Under the pieces are notes generated by a model, which was not told where the DNA came from, did not search any database, and worked only from the letters and a program-made list of their open reading frames with translations. Source: Opitutales bacterium (GTDB taxonomy: Bacteria; Verrucomicrobiota; Verrucomicrobiia; Opitutales; UBA953). Taken from it: 40,000 nucleotides of DNA. This document shows, piece by piece, positions 26,585-34,077 of this stretch. Numbering within the stretch: position 1 is the first letter of the stretch; each line of letters begins with the position of its first letter. The position numbers and the translations under genes were made by a program. Location of the stretch: positions 160,354 to 200,353 of the forward strand of contig JAFXKI010000003.1 in assembly GCA_017531845.1 (NCBI GenBank), written 5' to 3'.

Positions 26585-26872
26585 CGTTCTCGCTCCGTCT
26601 GCTTTTTACAATATTCCACGGCTTCATTCTACGAAACATTTTCCACGGGAAGATCTTCGCCCTTGAATTCCGACGGATTATTTTTTCATTACCGCTTCAT
26701 ACTGCTTCTGCGTAACTTCGTATTTCCCGAACGCATAGTTGCGCCCCGGGATTTTCACCGTCACGGGAACGTCGGACGCTGTAGCGGAGCGTTTTCAAGC
26801 GATGAATACTCCAAGTGTCGCAATTACGGCAAGAGGTGCGATTACGGCAAAAAGAATGAATTTTGTTTTCAT
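26585..26872 (-). pseudogene. Degraded 5' fragment of an FGE/SUMF1-family (formylglycine-generating-enzyme-like) gene
   Basis: The minus strand reads MKTKFILFAVIAPLAVIATLGVFIA, then TGA, then KRSATASDVPVTVKIPGRNYAFGKYEVTQKQYEAVMKK, then TAA. In another frame it continues PSEFKGEDLPVENVS, then TAG, then NEAVEYCKKQTERE. These are the conserved N-terminal blocks of SUMF1-domain proteins, with two in-frame stops, one frameshift and one further stop in the shifted frame. The remaining roughly 150 aa are missing. Confidence 0.6.
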
Positions 26873-26944
26873 AGCGACCCTTTAACTTTTCGATTAAAGA
26901 TAGACTTCTCCTGGGAGCCCCCGCTCGTGGAATTTACGCTTTTG

Positions 26945-27562
26945 TCATTTCGCCAAAACAAATTGCTCGTAATGGAATCTAGCAACCTCACTTACCAACG
27001 AATTCACAAGCTTCCCATCGACATAGTTGTGAGTAATTATCGGACTGATGCAAAACGGCAAAAGCGGAAGCCAATAAACCGTGCGCACGCTTTCGGCTTT
27101 CCCGAAACTCGCTAGGGTTTTGTTTCTTAAGACGATATTGGCACTTGCGTCCAATGTTTCATCCACTCCGGCGGGAATCAGAAACAAAGTACCTCCACAT
27201 ACGACCCCCGCTCCGGCTGAAGTCGCCTGATCCGTTCCCGATCGCCAAACCCGAAATTCGATATGATACGAATCATCCGATGCGGTGCGCTCATATTGGA
27301 CAGAAGAAAATAGACCCGTTTCCTCCAACGCTTTTCTTAGTGCATCTCTAAAACCTGTATCATTATCTCCGTTCAACGGTCGCTCCACAAAGTCCGCTTG
27401 GATATAATCAACGGAAAAAGTGATTGGATATTTTTGCGTTTCGTTCAGGTTTTTCCGCTGAAAAACCGTGCTGTCGCAATATCCGCGAGAATACGACAAG
27501 CATCCGGAAAGCAAAGCTCCAATGCCGAATAAAAACACGAATGTGAAAATGTTCTTTTTCAT
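26945..27562 (-). CDS. Hypothetical lipoprotein, 205 aa
   Basis: MKKNIFTFVFLFGIGALLSGC lipobox. ATGA overlap with the upstream gene suggests an operon. Confidence 0.6.
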   Translation of the reverse strand: MKKNIFTFVFLFGIGALLSGCLSYSRGYCDSTVFQRKNLNETQKYPITFSVDYIQADFVERPLNGDNDTGFRDALRKALEETGLFSSVQYERTASDDSYHIEFRVWRSGTDQATSAGAGVVCGGTLFLIPAGVDETLDASANIVLRNKTLASFGKAESVRTVYWLPLLPFCISPIITHNYVDGKLVNSLVSEVARFHYEQFVLAK

Positions 27563-28332
27563 TCGGATTCCTTTCTTTCAGAAACGCTAACGATGTTTTC
27601 ACGTCCTGTCGCAAACGGCTTTATATCCCCCTTTGTCCTGATCGGAACTCCGTTTATCCTATCAACAAGCATACCCCGCCGTAGCCCGGCACCTTCTGCG
27701 AGAGTCCCTTTTACGACGGCGACGATTCTTACTTCAATTTCGTCCGAATCACTATCCCCCGGCAAAAACTGCGGATACGCCACAATCACACCGTAAAAAT
27801 CCTTGCTCATTTTCCTCTTCCTGAAAAAGAAGCCGTATTGATTGTAGTAATCCACTTCTTCCACGTACGGGATCGCCTGAAGCGTTGTATTTCGGGTGTA
27901 TCCGCTATAATTTCCGCTAACATAACCTCCGGTCGCTGAATATCCGCTTACCGTCCCGCTTGTGTACGAATAAGAAGTCGACGGAGCGTATGTAACGCCC
28001 CGAACGGTTTTACTTCTATGGAACTTCTCCCTAAAAACGACAAGCGTCGCACCGATATCTTCTGCCAAATCAATTGCGCAAACCCAAGGACAATGTACTG
28101 CTGAAAACGCACTTTCCCCAACTAATTCATACCCGTCCTCAATCAGAGCAACAAACTCGTCTTCCAAATCTTCTTCTTCGCAAGACGAGAAGCGAAGACG
28201 AACCTCCTCTTTCTTTACCCGCTCCGTTCCCGCAGGAATATTCGCAACATAATATTCCTCATAGTGGTTACTGACACATCCGCAAATGGCAAAAACACTA
28301 GCGGTTAATAAAAATAGGAAATAGCAATTCAT
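27559..28332 (-). CDS. Hypothetical lipoprotein with a C-terminal PDZ-like segment, 257 aa
   Basis: MNCYFLFLLTASVFAICGC lipobox. The C-terminal IVAVVKGTLAEGAGLRRGMLVDRINGVPI resembles a PDZ carboxylate-binding region. Confidence 0.55.
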   Translation of the reverse strand: MNCYFLFLLTASVFAICGCVSNHYEEYYVANIPAGTERVKKEEVRLRFSSCEEEDLEDEFVALIEDGYELVGESAFSAVHCPWVCAIDLAEDIGATLVVFREKFHRSKTVRGVTYAPSTSYSYTSGTVSGYSATGGYVSGNYSGYTRNTTLQAIPYVEEVDYYNQYGFFFRKRKMSKDFYGVIVAYPQFLPGDSDSDEIEVRIVAVVKGTLAEGAGLRRGMLVDRINGVPIRTKGDIKPFATGRENIVSVSERKESE

Positions 28333-28748
28333 CTTTTGGGAAGCCAGTTTAGAGTGAGTCCAATATAAACCCCATCCACGGGACCTGTCTATTTATTTCC
28401 CGTTTTGAGAAGAAAAATCGCCTTTCGCACATAAAAAATACGGGCACGCCCAAAGAGGTTGCCCGTATGTCCAAAGCCGGAGGCAATGGAGGGATGTGGA
28501 CGGGAGCGTCTTTTATCCCCGAAACAATGTCAAACAAATTGAAACATTCTGCAATTTTCAGCCACGGATTACACCGATTCCCACGGATAAATTAAACTCG
28601 CCCAACCAAAACCACTCTGCGTTCTCCGCGCACTCTGCGAGAGATTCATTCCCTGTTCCCGCCGCAGAAGGTCGCTGGATCCCGCAAAGGTAGCCCACCA
28701 CCACCTCTTGCTACGGGAATCGCCGCTCCCAAATAATCATCAATGCTT

Positions 28749-29800
28749 TCAGGGAGCTAATTCCGTGTCAGCTCCGCTCAAGCTCAAAAGATCGATGCGC
28801 TCCCGCGAAACAAGAATATTGTTTTCGACAAAAAGCCGAACAAGTTGTTTGCCGTTTATGAGAGAAATCGGACTACTTCTTTTCGGGTCTTCAGCTTCCG
28901 AACGCGCCCCCTCGAAAAATCACTTGTCGTGATAATCAACCCTCGCTCATCTGTAGCGAGGCTTCCGCGAACGCCTTGGACGACCGGAGCCTGAACGTTT
29001 TTCTTCCAGCGCTTAACCTGCACCGCCATTTTTATACTGACTCCGTCCGTTATCACCCACGTCCCGCGCACATCAATTCCGCCGTCGCCACTGCTACGAG
29101 TAACTTCCATTTCTTCAAATCCCATCGCGACAAGAAGTTCTCCTATTAACTCCTCAAAACGCACAGGAGACATGCTCATCAGAACTTTATGTAATTTCTC
29201 AAGTATAGACGCATTGTGCTTTTCGACTTGAGCTCGAAGCCCCCTGTCATTCTCAACCCCTCGATTCAAATCTACAAGCCCTCTGCCGAGCTGAACAAAT
29301 CGGGAGAAGTTCCCTTGACGTTGTTTCCGACGAATCTCCGTAAGAATCTGTGCATACATCGTTGCTTCCGGAGTTTGCCCGCTTGATTTAAGCCAACCTT
29401 GCCGCAATGCTGCATTCGTAATATCCCGGTAATGCATCGGTTTTCCGCCGCCAAATGTTTCAAGTACCTTTTGCGCACAATCCGTAAAAGAGTATGTTTT
29501 CTCCTTGTTACGTTTAATCCGCCCGGGATTATTCATGATCGGATGCGAGTTTGATGCCGACGGACCACATGCAAACCTCTTGGGATTCGCTCCGACCGCC
29601 ACAACTCCCGACTGAGGATTTTTCGACAAAACGTAAAGCCTTGCGCCGAGTGTCGCGACAGGTGTTTTACCGAAGGATTTTAGCTTCTTATCTAGTCCAA
29701 GACGGCATCCTTCCGCCCAAATTTGAGACACGGACATCGGCTCTTGAGCATCCGAAAGAACCATTTTCGCAAAATCGACAAAGGATATTTTTGAGGTCAT
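28749..29800 (-). pseudogene. mrr: Mrr-like restriction endonuclease (two N-terminal HARE/Mrr_N winged-helix domains plus an Mrr_cat domain) with a frameshift near the 3' end
   Basis: Catalytic region ELIGELLVAMGFEEMEVTRSSGDGGIDVRG...MAVQVKRW...GLIITTSDFS. After SDFS the annotated frame gives RGRVRKLKTRKEVVRFLS then a stop at 28856. The adjacent frame reads EGARSEAEDPKRSSPISLINGKQLVRLFVENNILV..., the canonical Mrr C-terminus, and runs to 28749. The shift falls in the C5/A5 runs at 28907-28919. The start is taken at the ATG at 29800. Confidence 0.78.
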
Positions 29801-29801
29801 A

Positions 29802-29836
29802 GGCGGGAACGTTGGAAAAACGCTAACGTTCCCGCC
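29802..29836 (-). promoter_or_regulatory. 12-bp inverted repeat immediately 5' of the mrr start codon
   Basis: GGCGGGAACGTT (29802-29813) pairs with AACGTTCCCGCC (29825-29836), with an 11-nt loop. On the mRNA the hairpin would end 1 nt before the ATG. It is built from the CGGGAACG word. Confidence 0.5.
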
Positions 29837-29953
29837 CAACAAAATCAATCTTTGCCTCAAAAAAACGCCCTTTAAAAATCCTTAATACTTCGAAAAAATC
29901 CCCCGGACAACTCACGCCTTTCCCGGAATACTCTGTCGGTAAAATTTCCTCCG

Positions 29954-30430
29954 ATGAGTCCACGAAAAAATCCTTACAAAAAACAAGCCTGCGTTCCCGC
30001 CGCCGTCAAAGATCGCTGGATTCCCGCAAATTCCGCAAAGGCAAAATCCTTTCTCCCTAAACTGAATCTGCACTCCCTCAACGTTCCCGCAGTGCAAAAA
30101 GCCGTCCTTTCCCACTGGGCACAAACCCTGGGAACGCCTTTCGCAAAGCCGTTTGAGTCAGCCGCGCTCGAAATTCTCGAAAGGGGAAAAGCGACCGACG
30201 AATCCGTATCCGAAGCTCCGCCACAAATCCTTTTTCCGGAACTCTTCGATGTCCCGTTTCCGCCGCCGAAAAAACCGAAATTCACCTTCATTGACCTTTT
30301 CGCCGGAATCGGCGGTTTCCGCATCGCCATGCAAAACCTCGGCGGCAAATGCGTTTTCTCCTCCGAGTGGGATTCCCAAGCCTCAAAAACATACGAAAGC
30401 AACTACGGCGAAATCCCCTTCAGTGATAAT
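29954..30430 (+). pseudogene. 5' fragment of a DNA (cytosine-5) methyltransferase gene (motifs I-II only)
   Basis: Motif I FTFIDLFAGIGGFRIA and the following CVFSSEWDSQASKTYESNYGEIPF are typical Dcm-type blocks. Similarity ends at about 30425, where GC content drops. No PCQ (motif IV), ENV or later motifs appear anywhere downstream. Confidence 0.75.
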
Positions 30431-30500
30431 CTTCGTAAGCCGTTGTTATTTACGCATAGTTCGTGTCCACACCCCAAAACAGTTGACGTATCAAAAACAA

Positions 30501-31145
30501 ATGTTCATCTCTAATGTCGCGCTTATGAAAAATACCAATCCACAAATACGACAGAAAATGAAGAATTTCTCCCAAACAATGTATGTTGCAATGTTTGCTC
30601 TAAGCATAATGAGAAAGAATCTTCCGAAAGAACAAATTAAACAGAAAGAACTATCTACCTCTATCCTCTCACTGCTGGAAAACTCCTCATCTATAATTCC
30701 CGAAGCATTAATGCCGCCCAAAAAAATGGGGCCAGAATCGATAACGCTTAACAGCGAAAACCCCATAGAAGTTTATAACCTCGCAGTGCAGAAGATTTTA
30801 GAGCTACTCGTCGTTGGACAAACAACATTACTCGAAGAGTGCCTTAATATAAGGTTTCCAGACATTAAAGAGGAAAAGTTGTTCAATAAAATGAAAATGT
30901 TGTCGTTCCCCCAAAATACAAAAGAATCTTGGTCTATAGAGGTGGTTTCTGCCCTACGCATTATGCGAAACAGCATTATTCACAACGACGGCATATGGGA
31001 CAAAGAGCCATTCCCTCAGGATAAAAAAACGCTGAAAGGCACCCCAATCAAATTAACATTTGATGACATATTCCGCTTTCGAAGAGCCGTGCGAACATAT
31101 GTAAACACAGTAATTCTAAAATCGAATTCTTCTACATCCCAATAA
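30501..31145 (+). CDS. Hypothetical protein with a HEPN-type Rx4H motif (putative RNase/abortive-infection-like)
   Basis: The low-GC ORF contains SALRIMRNSIIHNDG (R-N-S-I-I-H fits Rx4-6H) in a predicted all-helical context. Start at the ATG at 30501 or 30525. The track's upstream extension to 30153 is an alternative frame of the dcm fragment. Confidence 0.5.
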   Translation: MFISNVALMKNTNPQIRQKMKNFSQTMYVAMFALSIMRKNLPKEQIKQKELSTSILSLLENSSSIIPEALMPPKKMGPESITLNSENPIEVYNLAVQKILELLVVGQTTLLEECLNIRFPDIKEEKLFNKMKMLSFPQNTKESWSIEVVSALRIMRNSIIHNDGIWDKEPFPQDKKTLKGTPIKLTFDDIFRFRRAVRTYVNTVILKSNSSTSQ

Positions 31146-31458
31146 ACAACCACCTTCTGACATTCGCCCTAAAAAAATAAAGGTGCATCATAACTCATTA
31201 AATTCATCCTAATCTAAAGATTTAACCATCAAGCCATTTACAAACAAAAATTGACGTATTTGATTCACGTACTTTAATTTCAAATAGCATTCATTTCCTC
31301 TTTTTTGAAAATTGCCTCAAAACATAGTTCCACTGACACTCGATTTCCTTCCCTCTCTACAAAGTTCGCCGAATAAATCATTTACTAACGAAACGCCCCA
31401 CACTCCTGTATTGTGAGAATAATAACAGCCACCAATAAACATCGAAATCAATGCTATT

Positions 31459-32292
31459 ATGAATTGGATAATTAAAATTATTTTTTTCTTTAGTCCGAAG
31501 ATCCTTTCCGCAACCATGGTATTATTGCTTATTGTTTCTTGGATATTCCCCCGCGCATGCTCTGACCAAACCTATGCCACTTATTGTTCGATGTCAGATC
31601 CAGACAGGAGATTCGCTATGGCAATCCTTGAAAACTGTCAGGACAATTTAACTCTATTCATATCCATTGCCACGCTAATCTTTACCGGAATTGCCATCTT
31701 TGTTGCGTGCAGAATTAACGAATCGGTGCAAGCGGCAGAATGCACTAAGATTTATTTCTCCAAGAAGATGTTGAAATCGATACGAGTTCTTTTTGGATTA
31801 CGAGATAAACTTGATAAGCGAATAGGATTTGAAAATCCCAACACTAAACTGACAACCAGAAAACCTGAAAACAATTCAAAAAAACTCTTCGTTTTACACG
31901 GTGATGTGAAATCTTACCCGTGGACCGAAGAGGAGGACTGTGCACGTCGGATTGTGAAATCTTACTTCCAGCTCATCTACGAGCTTCGGCACAAAAGAAT
32001 CATCCCTATTAGCAAATACATGCTTGGGCGCTTATGCGATGTTGATGCTCTCCCCCTTTATTTTGAAGTCATAGAGCCCATGGAAAAAATTCTCAACAAT
32101 GGCTATAACACCGAACCCTTCTACTGCTTGATGAAAGATGTAAAGAACATTTACAACAAGAAAAGACAGCAAACCGCAAAAGTAGAACGTAAAAACCAAA
32201 AATTCCTCACCCAAGCCTCTGCGGATTTCATTGATTGGAAATCAAGTCAATCCATGGGCACTACTCCGAATACCCGGGGAACCGAGTCTTGA
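31459..32292 (+). CDS. Hypothetical membrane protein (2 N-terminal TM segments plus a soluble domain), 277 aa
   Basis: Hydrophobic segments MVLLLIVSWIF and LTLFISIATLIFTGIAIFVAC. No recognised domain. The start is uncertain (an alternative ATG lies at 31516). Confidence 0.5.
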   Translation: MNWIIKIIFFFSPKILSATMVLLLIVSWIFPRACSDQTYATYCSMSDPDRRFAMAILENCQDNLTLFISIATLIFTGIAIFVACRINESVQAAECTKIYFSKKMLKSIRVLFGLRDKLDKRIGFENPNTKLTTRKPENNSKKLFVLHGDVKSYPWTEEEDCARRIVKSYFQLIYELRHKRIIPISKYMLGRLCDVDALPLYFEVIEPMEKILNNGYNTEPFYCLMKDVKNIYNKKRQQTAKVERKNQKFLTQASADFIDWKSSQSMGTTPNTRGTES

Positions 32293-33673
32293 TGTATTCT
32301 TCTGCCTTTTTGTAGGGAACGTGCTTTGTTGCTCCGCCGAGTCGGAGGTAAAATTCCTTAAATTCATCCGGACTTAAAGTCTTTTTCCATGTTTTAGTTT
32401 CGGGCTCCTTACAAATGAAAATCGGGGTACTCGACTCTTGAATCGAAATCACAAAATAGTCTTTTTTCCCTGATTTTTCAGGAGTCAGTCTAAAAAGCAC
32501 ACCCGCGACAGCACGATTTTTAAACATACACTCAATCCGTTCCCGTAGGCGTATTGCGTATTTGTCCCAACGTTCCATCCCCTTTAACTTGTCCAAGCCC
32601 TCCGCTGCAAAGTCCCGCCCTAGACCGACAATTTTTCCCGAGTTATTTATTCCGACAAAAATTTTCCCGCCTGCATTATTTGCCATTCCCGCAATGGATT
32701 TTGCTAAAATCCATGCCTGAGAAATTGGATTCAATTCTTTAAGACGTTCAATATTGGTCCTATCTGCCTCTGTCTGTTCTTCTCCTTTACTTTCCAAAAA
32801 TTCTATAATTTTGGTATTCTTTGCTGCAGAAACGCCGGAGGCTTTAAACTCCACCGCATCCCCCTCCATCCCAAATTCGCTTGTTTTGTTATTATCATTC
32901 TCGTTTGATTTTTCCGCAGTCTGTTTATGCGCATTGTGCTCCTGCTTGACCTTTCCGCCTAAAATCTGGCATACCTGCTGAGAATTATTTTTTTCAGCAA
33001 GTTGTTTGGCTGTAAATCCGTCTTTTGTTTTTGCGTTTCTGTTCGCACCCAAATCCAACAACAACCGAACAATTCCTGCATGATTAAACCATGCTGCAAC
33101 ATGCAACGGAGTCCATCCCTTTTCCGTGCGCGCACCCAAAAGCCACTCGTCATCATCAAGTTCCTCTTCAACCGCATCTACGTCGCCCAACTTCACAGCC
33201 TTGTGCACTCCAGAAAACTTTGTCTCCACCTGCACGTCATTTTGCCCTCGCCGACTTTCTTTTCCCTTTTTCGCTCTCACAGAAAATCGTCCTCCGCCAC
33301 TCTTTAAAATCTCCAATACATCTCCATTTTTCCCAAGCACCGCCAAATCCGCCGGAGTATTCCCGTATTTGTCTTTCGCATTTACACACGCACCATAATC
33401 AAGCAACATCCGGACAACTCCTTTGGAATTTCCAATCACGGCAACATGCAACGCCGTCAAACCTAGTACACGTTCGCGTTGGAACGCCAAAGACTCGTCA
33501 TCATCAAGCTCTTCCTCGACAAATATAGAATCCCCGCAAATCGCACCGCAAAAGAATAAATTCCACGTCTTGCTTGTTTTTTCTAATTTCTCTCGCCACA
33601 CGTTCAGTCCGTGATTATTCTCCAAGATATTCAAAAATTTCTGTATTTTTTCACACTGCGACTTTCTGTTCAT
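32261..33673 (-). CDS. Ankyrin-repeat protein fused to a C-terminal AlbA_2 (Schlafen-like, divergent-AAA/DNA-binding) domain, 470 aa
   Basis: Two ankyrin blocks (GLTALHVAVIGNSKGVVRMLLDYGACVNAKDKYGNTPADLA; GWTPLHVAAWFNHAGIVRLLLDLGANRNAKTKDGFTAKQLA). The C-terminal ILAKSIAGMANNAGGKIFVGINNSGKIVGL ... YFVISIQESSTPIF ... FYLRLGGATKHV matches the AlbA_2 pattern (AfaNtxGGxlxiGvxdxGxivG). Confidence 0.72.
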   Translation of the reverse strand: MNRKSQCEKIQKFLNILENNHGLNVWREKLEKTSKTWNLFFCGAICGDSIFVEEELDDDESLAFQRERVLGLTALHVAVIGNSKGVVRMLLDYGACVNAKDKYGNTPADLAVLGKNGDVLEILKSGGGRFSVRAKKGKESRRGQNDVQVETKFSGVHKAVKLGDVDAVEEELDDDEWLLGARTEKGWTPLHVAAWFNHAGIVRLLLDLGANRNAKTKDGFTAKQLAEKNNSQQVCQILGGKVKQEHNAHKQTAEKSNENDNNKTSEFGMEGDAVEFKASGVSAAKNTKIIEFLESKGEEQTEADRTNIERLKELNPISQAWILAKSIAGMANNAGGKIFVGINNSGKIVGLGRDFAAEGLDKLKGMERWDKYAIRLRERIECMFKNRAVAGVLFRLTPEKSGKKDYFVISIQESSTPIFICKEPETKTWKKTLSPDEFKEFYLRLGGATKHVPYKKAEEYIKTRFPGYSE

Positions 33674-33759
33674 GCTTCATCAGTCTAGAAAAGAATACTC
33701 TGTCATGCCAAAACTTTTCTACTTGCAAAATTAATTCTAAAGGAAAGATAATCCCGAGC

Positions 33760-34020
33760 ATGCCTCGATACGAATACAAAATTTTAAGGATAGATGCTAA
33801 ATCCAGGCATCCATCCTGTAATTCAACGGTTCAATCATCCACAATTGATATATCTCTAACGGAGGCGCTTCTCTCCAAAGAGGGACGTGACGGCTGGAAG
33901 CTTAAGGGGTGCTACCCAGAACCTGCCGGTGGGGCGTGTGGCGGCCTTCTTCTATCCGTCTGCTTTGTTTTCGAACGTCGCATTATTGAAAGAAAATCCT
34001 ACTATGGCGACGACGATTAA
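33760..34020 (+). CDS. Small hypothetical protein, DUF4177-like
   Basis: MPRYEYKILRID...EGRDGWKLKGCYPE...FVFERR resembles the (M)YEYKvv...GWELv...fKR layout of DUF4177 (from memory). The track's upstream extension from 33574 looks non-coding. Confidence 0.4.
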   Translation: MPRYEYKILRIDAKSRHPSCNSTVQSSTIDISLTEALLSKEGRDGWKLKGCYPEPAGGACGGLLLSVCFVFERRIIERKSYYGDDD

Positions 34021-34040
34021 CCCCATTTTCATAAAACAAA

Positions 34041-34076
34041 AACAATAGAGCCGCTTCTAAAAGCGGCTCTATTGTT
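34041..34076. terminator. Bidirectional terminator between convergent genes
   Basis: Perfect 16-bp stem AACAATAGAGCCGCTT/AAGCGGCTCTATTGTT with loop CTAA, flanked by A-rich and T-rich runs. It abuts the purA-like stop at 34078. Confidence 0.8.
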
Positions 34077-34077
34077 T

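Noticed and set aside
29801-29860. Longer start (29860) for the mrr-like gene
   Set aside because: The extra 20 codons translate the CGGGAACG inverted repeat (MRQRLILLGGNVSVFPTFPP) and add nothing homologous. The ATG at 29800 begins directly with the winged-helix domain.
30153-31145. 330-aa ORF taken as a single protein
   Set aside because: Its first roughly 115 codons are an alternative frame of the dcm fragment (Pro/Ser/Arg-rich, no features). GC content changes at about 30425. Only the part from the ATG at 30501 is treated as a gene.
31317-31517. 66-aa minus-strand ORF with a hydrophobic segment
   Set aside because: It overlaps the start of the 277-aa plus-strand gene and has no supporting signals. 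It cannot be distinguished from a chance ORF in AT-rich DNA.
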